Part shown: one piece after another, positions 19,047-27,367 of the stretch
Layout of the letters: each line of letters begins with the position of its first letter
How positions within the stretch are numbered: position 1 is the stretch's first letter
Assembly (NCBI GenBank): GCA_903858655.1
Contig: CAIOJS010000489.1
Span: 1-35,813, forward strand
From: an uncultured bacterium
GTDB taxonomy: Bacteria; Bacteroidota; Bacteroidia; Bacteroidales; CAIWKO01
Direction of reading: 5' to 3'
DNA: 35,813 nt
Made by a program: the position numbers and the translations under genes
Notes under the pieces: model-generated
Seen by the model: only the letters and a program-made list of their open reading frames with translations
What the model was told of the DNA's origin: nothing
Database searches by the model: none

Positions 19047-19604
19047 TTAAATTTTCCAGAGTGTTTCCGCGACGCCTAAATCTTTGGCAACATAACGAGC
19101 TAGCACAAAAAAATAATCCGAAAGACGGTTGATATATTTTAATACTAGTTTTTGTTTTTCGTTAAACAAATCAAGTTTCACCATGGCTCGTTCTGCCCTA
19201 CGACACACTGTGCGAGCAATATGGCAATAGGAAACCACAGGATGTCCGCCCGGCAAAATGAAATGTTTCAGTTCGGGCATGCGTTCGTTCATGCGGTCAA
19301 TTTCGGTCTCCAATAGTAGAATGTTTTCTTCGCTTAGCGATGGCAAATTGATGAGTGATTTTTCGGAATCGGCAGCCAGCAAAGATTCCGCGATAAAAAT
19401 ATGCGACTGAATGGCTAGCAAGGTGTGCTTTTGTTCCATCTCAATAGAGAAATCGCGGATAAGTCCGATAAAAGAATTTAATTCGTCGAGGGTGCCGTAG
19501 GCTTCGATACGCAAATCGGACTTTTCTACACGGCTTCCACCAATGAGGGAAGTGTTGCCGCTGTCTCCTTTTTTGGTATAGATTTTTTGATTATCGTAAT
19601 TCAT
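19047..19604 (-). CDS. PduO-type ATP:cob(I)alamin adenosyltransferase
   Basis: 185 aa. The N-terminal IYTKKGDSGNTSLIGGSRVEKSDLRIEAYGTLDELNSFIG is the hallmark of the PduO/MMAB family. Confidence 0.88.
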   Translation of the reverse strand: MNYDNQKIYTKKGDSGNTSLIGGSRVEKSDLRIEAYGTLDELNSFIGLIRDFSIEMEQKHTLLAIQSHIFIAESLLAADSEKSLINLPSLSEENILLLETEIDRMNERMPELKHFILPGGHPVVSYCHIARTVCRRAERAMVKLDLFNEKQKLVLKYINRLSDYFFVLARYVAKDLGVAETLWKI

Positions 19605-19608
19605 TTTT

Positions 19609-19692
19609 CAGTTAAATTAGTTCGGAGATCGGGGTTCAGAGTTTCTAGTTCAGGGTTCAGAGTTTCTAGTTTGGAGTTCAGAGTTCGGAGTT
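19609..19692. repeat. Array 2: about 3.5 copies of a 21-bp direct repeat (CAGGGTTCAGAGTTTCTAGTT) spanning the ABC ATPase stop codon and the intergenic gap
   Basis: Full units lie at 19630-19650, 19651-19671 and 19672-19692, with a half-matching unit at 19609-19629. Units 1 and 2 differ at one base. Confidence 0.8.
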
Positions 19693-20426
19693 TGGGATAC
19701 CAATTCTGCGTAAAATTTCATCTTGCGGATGTTTTCGTTTAGTTCGTCGGTGTCGACAACGCCATCTTTGAGGCGTATGATACGATGGGCGTGGCGTGCA
19801 ATGTCTTCTTCGTGAGTCACTAAGATAATAGTGTTACCTTGTTCGTGGATTTCTTCGAATAGCCCCATGATTTCGATGGATGTTTTCGAGTCGAGGTTAC
19901 CTGTGGGTTCATCTGCCAAAATAATAGAGGGTTTGTTGACCAAAGCTCGAGCAATAGCCACCCTTTGGCGTTGCCCACCCGAAAGTTCGTTCGGTTTGTG
20001 GGTGATACGGTCGCTGAGTTGCACCTGTTCCAATACTTCTTTGGCACGTAGGATGCGTTTGTTGTTGTTGAATCCTGCATAAATCAAGGGTAAGGCAACA
20101 TTGTCGAGCGCCGTGGAACGAGGTAGGAGATTGAAGGTTTGGAAAACAAAACCGATTTCTTTGTTGCGGATTTCGGCGAGTTGGTTGTCGTTGAGTTTGC
20201 TCACATCTTGCTGATTTAGGATGTAGGTGCCCGAGGTGGGCGTATCCAAACATCCAATAATATTCATCAAGGTGGATTTGCCCGAACCCGAAGGTCCCAT
20301 CAGGGCAACATACTCGTTCTTATATATCTTCAACGATATGCTTTGCAAAGCTTTGACAATATAAGTGCCCACTTTGTAATGCTTGGTAGTGTTGGTCAGA
20401 CTGATTATTTCGTTTTTCATGTTCAT
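19650..20426 (-). CDS. ABC transporter ATP-binding protein (MacB/LolD-like) with a repeat-derived C-terminal tail
   Basis: Walker [10 protein letters not shown], signature [15 protein letters not shown], Walker [12 protein letters not shown], and [20 protein letters not shown] typical of the MacB/LolD clade. The last ~14 codons ([13 protein letters not shown]) are encoded by the 21-bp repeats. Confidence 0.9.
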   Translation of the reverse strand: MNMKNEIISLTNTTKHYKVGTYIVKALQSISLKIYKNEYVALMGPSGSGKSTLMNIIGCLDTPTSGTYILNQQDVSKLNDNQLAEIRNKEIGFVFQTFNLLPRSTALDNVALPLIYAGFNNNKRILRAKEVLEQVQLSDRITHKPNELSGGQRQRVAIARALVNKPSIILADEPTGNLDSKTSIEIMGLFEEIHEQGNTIILVTHEEDIARHAHRIIRLKDGVVDTDELNENIRKMKFYAELVSQTPNSELQTRNSEP

Positions 20427-20447
20427 TAATCTTTGTACAAAGGTAAT

Positions 20448-21167
20448 TCAATACTTTAAATTGAAATGTTGTTTGGCAATATTTTTTTTGAAGAAAACAA
20501 TTCCGAAGTGAAAAATATCCAAACTTAAACTGATGTTTTCGTTTCGAATGATTTCATTCCAAGCATTTTCCATCAGTTTAGAAGTATGTATCCTCGAAAA
20601 AATAAAAACACTGTTTTCATCAACAAAAGGTAAACATTCAAGAAAAAGTTCGACCAGCTCTTTCCCAAAAAACATATTGCTGAAATAAACAACACCTAAA
20701 GGGAAGTTTTGTTTTGCCTCGTCAGGAGTAATTGGTTCGTTTTTCCAAGTAATACAATAATCAAGGAACAATGAAGCCATTTGATTTTGATGAGCAATTT
20801 TAGCGAGTTGCCATTTTTCATCGCTAGCGATTAGCTTAGCTTCCATTTGGGCATACATCATAAACATGGGGGCAATTCCCTCAGATGTGCCGATTTCTAA
20901 AATATGCGTCGGTTGGATATATTCCACGATGCGATATAATAAAAAAGCATCGCGACATGACGGAATTTGCTTGCGGATAGCTTTCGCATGTTCGCGCAGG
21001 GTGGTCTTACGCAGGCTTTCAATCGTGTTTAGCTTTAAAGGTAATTTTCGCTTTGCGCATATCACTTTGGTATAAAAATCAAAAGCGAAAGGCGCATGAA
21101 CGGCATATTCCGATTGTGATTTCATACAAAACTTGAACTGTGATAGTATCCGATAGGCTTGAGACAT
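20448..21167 (-). CDS. Class I SAM-dependent (O-)methyltransferase-like protein
   Basis: Carries the motif I-like ILEIGTSEGIAP. I place the start at ATG 21167 (MSQAYRIL...) rather than the track's 21227, because a perfect -7 box lies at 21185-21192. Stop is 21 nt from the ABC ATPase start. Confidence 0.6.
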   Translation of the reverse strand: MSQAYRILSQFKFCMKSQSEYAVHAPFAFDFYTKVICAKRKLPLKLNTIESLRKTTLREHAKAIRKQIPSCRDAFLLYRIVEYIQPTHILEIGTSEGIAPMFMMYAQMEAKLIASDEKWQLAKIAHQNQMASLFLDYCITWKNEPITPDEAKQNFPLGVVYFSNMFFGKELVELFLECLPFVDENSVFIFSRIHTSKLMENAWNEIIRNENISLSLDIFHFGIVFFKKNIAKQHFNLKY

Positions 21168-21184
21168 AATTTTTTTTGTGGGTA

Positions 21185-21192
21185 CAAAATTA
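21185..21192 (-). promoter_or_regulatory. -7 promoter box (TAATTTTG on the minus strand) for the methyltransferase-ABC-adenosyltransferase operon
   Basis: Plus strand reads CAAAATTA, a perfect TAnnTTTG on the minus strand, 17 nt upstream of the ATG at 21167. Confidence 0.5.
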
Positions 21193-21327
21193 ATGATTAT
21201 TGCATTAGCTTCGACGGAATTTCGCAAAATGTTTTTTCTTTCTTCAGATAAGAAAAAATGATGTTGAAATATGTCAAAATGTCATGCGAAAATCAAGCCT
21301 TTTGCTTGCGACTGACAAAAGTGCTCC

Positions 21328-21537
21328 TTTTTTGTACCGCAACGACTCTTTTTTGTACCGCAACGATCCTTTTGACCGCCGCAACGATCCTTTTGACCAC
21401 CGCAACATTCCCTTCAACCACCGCATCATTCCTTTCGACCATCGCATCATTCCTTTTGAGTATCGCAATGTTCCTTTTGAGTACCGCAATGTTCCTTTTG
21501 AGTATCGCAACAACTCTTTCGACCACCGCAACGTTCC
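21328..21537. repeat. Array 3: 10 copies of a 21-bp direct repeat (consensus TTTTGACCACCGCAACGTTCC) in perfect register
   Basis: Units start at 21328, 21349, 21370, 21391, 21412, 21433, 21454, 21475, 21496 and 21517. CGCA (unit positions 11-14) and C-TTT (positions 21, 1-3) are invariant or nearly so. Variation clusters at positions 4-10 and 15-20. Confidence 0.9.
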
Positions 21538-21732
21538 TTTACGCTATATGGAGCATATTTGCAGTTTTCGCACTTACTTTTCGCTGCTGTTCCAAAATTC
21601 TTCTTCTTTCATCAAAAAGAAAACATAGAAATACATGATGATATATGCCTAATATTATTCAATTTACGTTACTGAAAACATCAGGAAAATATTTTTCTTA
21701 AAAAATTTGTGCATCACAATAAAAAAAATTTA

Positions 21733-21740
21733 TAACTTTG
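21733..21740 (+). promoter_or_regulatory. -7 promoter box TAACTTTG (with TTTG at 21706-21709 as a candidate -33) for the trypsin-fold/TPR gene
   Basis: Perfect TAnnTTTG 14 nt upstream of ATG 21755. A TTTG lies 23 nt upstream of the box. Confidence 0.5.
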
Positions 21741-21754
21741 AAAAAAATTTCGGT

Positions 21755-22786
21755 ATGAAAAGATTTGTCATTCTTATTTTAATTGTTGTCAGCTTTTACT
21801 CCAAGGGGTTTTCTCAGGATAAAAGTGAGCTTTTGCAGAAAATCACACCCTCATTAGCCATTGTGAAAAGCGATGTTGTTATGGGCTATGGTTTTTTCGT
21901 TGGAAATAACACGCTTATGACCACCGTCAGTACGATTGGCAAACATCAAAAAGGCACGGTGCTGTTGGCAAACGGCAAGGTGGCTAACCTCATTGGATTT
22001 GTTGCCACCGACGACGAAAATGATTTGGTGTTGTTGAAAATTGATAACGACAGCGCGGAGCCTGCGACTATCGCATCGTATATGCCGATGCCCAATCAGA
22101 GCGTTTTTCTGCTGACAAGAAACGGCGAGGAGAAGCCCGAACTGATTGCTGCAAAATTAAATGCCTTCAAGGATTTGGGCAACATAAAACTGATTACCGT
22201 GAAAGCCAATGCGCCTTTGAAAACTGCCGGTTTTCCCGTTTTGGATTCCGTTGGCAATGTGTTGGGAATGACCGTAAGTTCCCCCATTGAAGGGTCTGTT
22301 ATGACTTTTGCAACGCCCGCTGAAAAGATTCTTCATCTTATAAAAAATAGTGGCGAATTGAAAGGATTGGAGTCGTTGACGTCTATTTTCGACCTCATCA
22401 GCAAACAAGCGGCAGTGAACGAAGAAAAAGCAAGAGCCTCGAAAGAGTTTCGCGAACAAGGTTTTCTGCGCTTAAGTAATAAAGAATATTCTGCTGCCAT
22501 CGAAAAATTCAGCATGGTGATACGCATCAACCCTTCGGATGCCGATGCTTATGCGTTCAGGGGTCAGGCGAAGTGTCTGCAATTGCGTTTCAAAGAGGCG
22601 TTGGAAGATTTCAACAAAGCCTTGGAGCTGCAGCCCGAATTTGCAGAAGTTTACGACATGCGCGGCGTATGTAAAGCCGAATTGGGCGACAAAGTGGGCG
22701 CCTGCGAAGATTGGACACTGTCTTATGAAAAAGGCTACGACCCTGCCTTCAAACTTATCGAGAAATTTTGTCCCCTCGAATATTAA
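21755..22786 (+). CDS. Secreted trypsin-fold (HtrA/S1C-like) pseudo-protease fused to three TPR repeats
   Basis: I place the start at ATG 21755 (MKRFVILILIVVSFYSKGFSQ is a signal peptide), not the track's TTG 21707. GYGFFVGNNTLMTTVSTI, ENDLVLLKID and KTAGFPVLDSVGNVLGM align by eye to the His, Asp and Ser boxes of S1C proteases. The C-terminus has TPR units (AYAFRGQAKCLQLRFKEALEDFNKALELQPEFAEVY...). Confidence 0.6.
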   Translation: MKRFVILILIVVSFYSKGFSQDKSELLQKITPSLAIVKSDVVMGYGFFVGNNTLMTTVSTIGKHQKGTVLLANGKVANLIGFVATDDENDLVLLKIDNDSAEPATIASYMPMPNQSVFLLTRNGEEKPELIAAKLNAFKDLGNIKLITVKANAPLKTAGFPVLDSVGNVLGMTVSSPIEGSVMTFATPAEKILHLIKNSGELKGLESLTSIFDLISKQAAVNEEKARASKEFREQGFLRLSNKEYSAAIEKFSMVIRINPSDADAYAFRGQAKCLQLRFKEALEDFNKALELQPEFAEVYDMRGVCKAELGDKVGACEDWTLSYEKGYDPAFKLIEKFCPLEY

Positions 22787-22897
22787 ACCTCACTGTTTTT
22801 GCGTTATCTAAGCGGCTTCACATTGGTTTGAAGCTTGCATTTCTATTTATTTAGGGGGATGCGTTGCGCTCGATTATCTTTTTAAAGCCCATGAATA

Positions 22898-24571
22898 GTG
22901 AATCTTAAAAAATCATTTGTCGTTTTTCTTTTTTTACTAAGTGTGGGCGGCATCGCCATGGCGCAGCGTGATTTCTCCAAAACAAATTTTCGGTTTCCCT
23001 TAGATATATCCCCCATCATCAGCGGCACTTTTGGCGAATTGCGCAACGATCACTTCCATTCGGGTTTGGATTTTGCTACTCAAAACAAAGAAAACCTCAA
23101 CGTGATGTGCATTGCCGATGGCTATGTGTCGCGCATCAAAATCTCCACTTCGGGCTATGGCAAAGTGATTTACGTGACCCATGCCAATGGCTTCGTTTCG
23201 GTGTATGCACATCTGAATGAGTTTAATGTAGTGGTTGAAGACTATGTGCGCCGCAAACAATACGAACAACAATCCTACGAAATCGAACTGTTTCCAAACG
23301 CTGCCTTGTTTCATCTGAAGAAAGGCGATTTGGTAGGCTACTCCGGCAATACAGGAGCATCCTCGGGACCACATCTTCATTTTGAAATCAGAAATGAACG
23401 GACAGAATTGCCCATCAATCCCTTTTATTTCAACAACTATCCCGCTGACAAGGTGAATCCAACCATCGAGAAGATGTATCTGTATGATATATCTAAAAAC
23501 AACAGCATAGAGTTGGGAAAGAAGAAAGATACGCTTGAGGTCAGCGGGAAAACGTATTTCGGCGTGGCGGCTTTCGACAATATCAATCAAGGGGGCACTT
23601 GTGGTATCTATGCTATGAAGGTGATGATAGATTCTGTGCTCATGTTTCGCCTGCATTTCGATTCTTTGAGCTTTGATGATGGACGCTACGTGAATGCTTT
23701 GATTGATTATCCCGAATATATTGCCCACGAAAAGCGGATTGTGACCACCTACGTGGCTCCCGGCAATAGGTTCAACAACAATATAGATGCAGAGGATGAA
23801 GGCGTGTGGGATTTCGAGGATACGTGTCTGCACCGCATTCAGTTTTTTGTATATGACTTTCAAGGGAATGTTGCCGTGGCGGAACAAATCGTGAAATCGA
23901 AACCGAAAAACTCAAGCGCTTCTATCTTTGCTGATAATGCTTCGCCTCTTTTTCGTTATGGATTAAAAAATCATTTCGAAGCACAGGATGTTCAGGTGGA
24001 TTTTCCGTCGAATGCGCTTTACGATTCTATCTATTTTGATTTCCGAACGCTGCCGCGCATCAAGGCAAGCTTTTCCAAAGTATTTCAAATCCACAATCGC
24101 TTCACACCTATCCATTCATTTGTTTCTTTACAGATAAAGCCCGACACTGCTATCAACCCCAACCTCAAAGCAAAGTTAACCATAGCCGAAGTATCTGAAA
24201 AACCTTATACCTACATCAAAAGTGAATGGACGGATGGAGTTCTTGCTGCCAAAATAAGACGCTTCGGCACCTATTGCATCGTGGCAGACAGCATCCCACC
24301 GGAAATTATTCCTATCGGCATATCAAACGGGAAAAAAGTAACGCCCGAAGCTCAACTGCGATTTAAAATTACAGACGATTTTTCGGGCATAAGCACCTAC
24401 GCACTTACGATTAACGACACGTGGGTGTTGGCAAGTTACGACGCTAAATCCGATATGCTTATCTATAAAATAGACGCGGCGCACTTCAAACGCGGGAGCA
24501 ATAGCCTCGAATTGAAAGTGACGGATCGGATGAAGAATTTGCGTGTGTATAGAACAAATCTAAATTTTTAA
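22898..24571 (+). CDS. M23-family (LytM-type) metallopeptidase with a long C-terminal extension
   Basis: GTG start and signal peptide (GGIAMAQ). Carries the HxxxD motif HFHSGLDF and the HxH motif GPHLHFEI. Confidence 0.85.
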   Translation: MNLKKSFVVFLFLLSVGGIAMAQRDFSKTNFRFPLDISPIISGTFGELRNDHFHSGLDFATQNKENLNVMCIADGYVSRIKISTSGYGKVIYVTHANGFVSVYAHLNEFNVVVEDYVRRKQYEQQSYEIELFPNAALFHLKKGDLVGYSGNTGASSGPHLHFEIRNERTELPINPFYFNNYPADKVNPTIEKMYLYDISKNNSIELGKKKDTLEVSGKTYFGVAAFDNINQGGTCGIYAMKVMIDSVLMFRLHFDSLSFDDGRYVNALIDYPEYIAHEKRIVTTYVAPGNRFNNNIDAEDEGVWDFEDTCLHRIQFFVYDFQGNVAVAEQIVKSKPKNSSASIFADNASPLFRYGLKNHFEAQDVQVDFPSNALYDSIYFDFRTLPRIKASFSKVFQIHNRFTPIHSFVSLQIKPDTAINPNLKAKLTIAEVSEKPYTYIKSEWTDGVLAAKIRRFGTYCIVADSIPPEIIPIGISNGKKVTPEAQLRFKITDDFSGISTYALTINDTWVLASYDAKSDMLIYKIDAAHFKRGSNSLELKVTDRMKNLRVYRTNLNF

Positions 24572-24624
24572 GCACTATTTTTTACTATTTGGATTAATTT
24601 TTGCTCTAGGTGAAGGAAATTTCG

Positions 24625-24632
24625 TAATTTTG
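24625..24632 (+). promoter_or_regulatory. -7 promoter box TAATTTTG (with TTTG at 24600-24603 as a candidate -33) for the DUF4468 gene
   Basis: Perfect TAnnTTTG 20 nt upstream of ATG 24653. A TTTG lies 21 nt upstream of the box. Confidence 0.5.
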
Positions 24633-24652
24633 TTAACTTAAATAATTATCTC

Positions 24653-25198
24653 ATGAAAAAGAATCTTGGAATCCTAAGTATGATGCTTCTTTTGGGAAGC
24701 GCTTCCATCAACGCCTCAGCGCAAACGTCTATCGTCCCTGTGGATGAAGACACCAAATTAATCACCTATAAAGAGGTGGTTACTCAAGAAGGCGACATCA
24801 ACAAACTTTACAACACCTGCATCGCGTGGATAAATGCCAACTACAAAAATGCCGCCGAAGCCACCACCGTGCGCGACCCCGAAAATGGCAAAATCATCAT
24901 TCGCCATAGTTTCAAAATATATAACACCGATAAAGACGGACTGAAAACCGATGCAGGCGTGATCAACTACACCTTAAAATTGGAGTTCAAACCCAACAAA
25001 TATCGCTATGTTTTCACCGATTTTGGTTTGCAGGCGGTATCAAAATACCCCCTCGAACGTTGGCTCGACAAAAAAGACCAAAAATATACACCCGTATGGG
25101 ATGTTTGGTTGGGCGAAGTGAATACTTGGGTGAACGACTGGATTACAAGTTTGAAAAAAGGCATGGTTCCGAAAGTGGCTAAGCCCGACAATTGGTAG
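24653..25198 (+). CDS. DUF4468-like secreted protein
   Basis: 181 aa with a signal peptide (SINASAQ). ITYKEVVTQEGDINKLYNTCIAWINANYKN...DPENGKIIIRHSF matches the DUF4468 pattern as I recall it. Confidence 0.55.
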   Translation: MKKNLGILSMMLLLGSASINASAQTSIVPVDEDTKLITYKEVVTQEGDINKLYNTCIAWINANYKNAAEATTVRDPENGKIIIRHSFKIYNTDKDGLKTDAGVINYTLKLEFKPNKYRYVFTDFGLQAVSKYPLERWLDKKDQKYTPVWDVWLGEVNTWVNDWITSLKKGMVPKVAKPDNW

Positions 25199-25235
25199 GC
25201 ACGCGTCAAATCTCTTTCCTGAATCATAAATGTTT

Positions 25236-25257
25236 AAGCGGCATGTTCCGCTTTTTT
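25236..25257 (+). terminator. Rho-independent terminator after the DUF4468 gene
   Basis: AAGCGG-CATGTT-CCGCTT hairpin followed by a T run (25252-25257). Confidence 0.6.
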
Positions 25258-25258
25258 G

Positions 25259-25266
25259 TACCTTTG
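25259..25266 (+). promoter_or_regulatory. -7 promoter box TACCTTTG for the add-rlmN-apt block
   Basis: Perfect TAnnTTTG 13 nt upstream of the in-frame GTG at 25280. It lies inside the track's TTG-25256 ORF extension, which argues for the shorter CDS. Confidence 0.45.
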
Positions 25267-25279
25267 CAAAAAAAATTGC

Positions 25280-26308
25280 GTGGAAACGAACAACATACTT
25301 GAGTTTATTTGTAACATACCGAAGGCGGAACTTCATGTGCATATTGAAGGGACTTTTGAGCCTGAGTTGATGTTCGAAATTGCGGCGCGCAACCATATCA
25401 CCCTAAAGTATCGCGATGTGGAAGCATTGCGCGAGGCATATCAATTTCGCAATCTGCAAGAATTCTTAGACATATATTATATAGGTTCGCGGGCATTGAA
25501 AACCGAGCGCGACTTTTATGACCTCACCACATCCTATCTGACCAAAGCCGCCTCGCAAAACATCCTGCACACAGAAATATTTTTCGACCCGCAAACGCAT
25601 CACGAAAATGGCGTTGCTTTTCCCGTAGTTTTCAATGGCATTTATGATGCTTTGCAAGATGCAGAGAAAAACTTGGGCATACATGGAGATGTAATCATGT
25701 GCTTCTTGCGCCATTTGGATGAAGCTTCGGCATTCGCCACTTTGAAACAGGCTCTCCCTTTTAAAGATAAAATCATCGGCGTGGGTTTGGACTCTTCCGA
25801 GAGCGGCAATCCGCCCCATAAGTTCGTTCGGGTGTTTGAAGCAGCGCGCCAAGCGGGTTTCGTGGCAGTGGCTCATGCAGGCGAAGAAGGTCCTGTGGAC
25901 TATATCCACGATTCGTTGGATTTGTTGAAGATTTCGCGCATCGACCATGGCAACAACTCCAAAGATGATGCACTGCTGATACAAAAAATCGCGCAGCAAA
26001 GAATCCCCCTCACGATGTGTCCGCTCTCGAATCTGAAGCTGCATGTGGTGAAAGATTTGCGCCATCATCCTCTGAAAACCCTATTGGACAACAAGGTGGT
26101 AGCCACCGTGAACTCCGACGACCCTGCCTATTTTGGCGGTTATCTGAACGAAAACTATATCGCCATACAACAAGCTTTGGAATTGTGGCACGAAGACATC
26201 ATCACACTTGCAAAAAACTCTTTTGAGGCATCTTTTATTGATGCTGCGCAAAAGCAAACCTATATGAACCGTATTGACACTTTCGTAAACGATTTTAATG
26301 CATCTTAA
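25280..26308 (+). CDS. add: Adenosine/adenine deaminase (amidohydrolase superfamily)
   Basis: IPKAELHVHIEGTFEPELMF (HxH metal site), HAGEEGP, and SVNSDDPAYFGG-type (TVNSDDPAYFGG) motifs. Start is set at GTG 25280 and is uncertain by a few codons. Confidence 0.88.
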   Translation: METNNILEFICNIPKAELHVHIEGTFEPELMFEIAARNHITLKYRDVEALREAYQFRNLQEFLDIYYIGSRALKTERDFYDLTTSYLTKAASQNILHTEIFFDPQTHHENGVAFPVVFNGIYDALQDAEKNLGIHGDVIMCFLRHLDEASAFATLKQALPFKDKIIGVGLDSSESGNPPHKFVRVFEAARQAGFVAVAHAGEEGPVDYIHDSLDLLKISRIDHGNNSKDDALLIQKIAQQRIPLTMCPLSNLKLHVVKDLRHHPLKTLLDNKVVATVNSDDPAYFGGYLNENYIAIQQALELWHEDIITLAKNSFEASFIDAAQKQTYMNRIDTFVNDFNAS

Positions 26309-26317
26309 AACAAAAAC

Positions 26318-27358
26318 GTGAAAACACACATCAAAAATCTTTCTTTACAAGAGCTGACCGATTATGCCGTTCAACACGGTCAACAGGCGTTTCGCGCCAA
26401 GCAAATCTTTGAATGGATATGGAAAAAAACCGCCGTCAGTTTTGACGAGATGACCAACATTTCCGCGGAGTTTCGGCAGAAGATGAACGCCGATTTTCTT
26501 CTCAACTCCATAGAGATAGCCGAAGAAAAAGTGTCGTCGGACGGCACCCGCAAATACGTGTTGCAGCTCGCCGACGGGCATCAGATAGAAAGCGTTTTGA
26601 TACCTTCTAAAGACCGCCTCACCGCTTGTATCTCTTCTCAGGTGGGCTGTGTCTTGGGCTGTCGTTTCTGTGCCACGGGCAACATGGGTTTCGTGCGCGA
26701 CATGGATGCTTTGGAAATTCACGACCAAATTATCTTGCTGATGAAACTCGCCGTAGAGAAATTCTACACCTCCCTCGACAATATCGTCGTGATGGGCATG
26801 GGCGAACCCTTGCTGAATTTGAACAACACTCTCGCCGCTTTGGATAAAATTTCCGACAAAGCCACCCTGAATTTCTCGCCTCAACGTATCACCATCTCCA
26901 CCTCGGGCATCACCTCCGAAATCAAGAAAATGGCAGACAAAAACATCCCCTATCATTTGGCTATTTCCCTCCATTCGGCTAATGACAGCAAACGCAAACA
27001 GTTTATGCCCGTGGGCAACAAATATTCTTTGAGCATGCTCACCGACGCGCTCAAATATTATCATCAAAAAACGGGCAACCGCATCACCATCGAATATATC
27101 CTGTTCGACGGGCTCAACGATGCTAACGAAGACGCCGCCTCCTTGGCTTCTTTTTGCAGAAGTTTTCCCGTGAAAATAAACATCATCCCCTACAACTCCA
27201 CCGCCTCGCAGCTTTTCAAACCAAGCAGCAGCGCCAACATCAAAAAGTTTATCGCATTTTTAGAATCAAAAAACATCATCGTCAATCTCCGCCACAGCAA
27301 AGGCAGCGACATCCAAGCCGCCTGCGGACAATTAGCCAAAAATAACAACTTAAAATAA
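26318..27358 (+). CDS. rlmN: 23S rRNA/tRNA adenine-C2 methyltransferase (radical SAM)
   Basis: GTG start. FRAKQIFEWIWKK N-terminal motif, radical-SAM cluster CVLGCRFCATG, and C-terminal DIQAACGQL. Confidence 0.92.
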   Translation: MKTHIKNLSLQELTDYAVQHGQQAFRAKQIFEWIWKKTAVSFDEMTNISAEFRQKMNADFLLNSIEIAEEKVSSDGTRKYVLQLADGHQIESVLIPSKDRLTACISSQVGCVLGCRFCATGNMGFVRDMDALEIHDQIILLMKLAVEKFYTSLDNIVVMGMGEPLLNLNNTLAALDKISDKATLNFSPQRITISTSGITSEIKKMADKNIPYHLAISLHSANDSKRKQFMPVGNKYSLSMLTDALKYYHQKTGNRITIEYILFDGLNDANEDAASLASFCRSFPVKINIIPYNSTASQLFKPSSSANIKKFIAFLESKNIIVNLRHSKGSDIQAACGQLAKNNNLK

Positions 27359-27367
27359 ATAAGCACT

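Noticed and set aside
19605-19649. A possible cobalamin riboswitch upstream of the PduO-type adenosyltransferase.
   Set aside because: Only 45 nt separate the genes, and that space is filled by the 21-bp tandem repeat. There is no room for a ~200-nt B12 aptamer and no B12-box-like sequence.
21258-21638. Four overlapping ORFs (21258-21638 +, 21284-21628 +, 21274-21531 -, 21293-21526 -) across repeat array 3.
   Set aside because: They are mutually exclusive calls created by a stop-free 21-nt (7-codon) unit. Substitutions fall in contiguous blocks rather than at wobble positions. The products are low-complexity heptads with no start context. I treat them as non-coding repeat DNA.
21707-21754. 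Track start codons TTG 21707, TTG 25256, ATG 21227 and GTG 55.
   Set aside because: Perfect -7 promoter boxes fall inside these 5' extensions (21733-21740, 25259-25266, 21185-21192), and signal peptides or family N-termini begin at the downstream starts. ORF 55 is actually open back to base 1. I use the shorter starts, or the longer partial ORF for the first gene.
23000-23887. Long antisense ORFs opposite well-supported genes: 23000-23887, 25466-26068, 26345-27067, 27374-27715, 33682-34536, and the many 60-140-aa ORFs inside the RND and giant genes.
   Set aside because: These are shadow ORFs on the opposite strand of genes with clear family motifs (M23, add, rlmN, apt and others). Their products are low-complexity or His/Arg-rich with no motifs.
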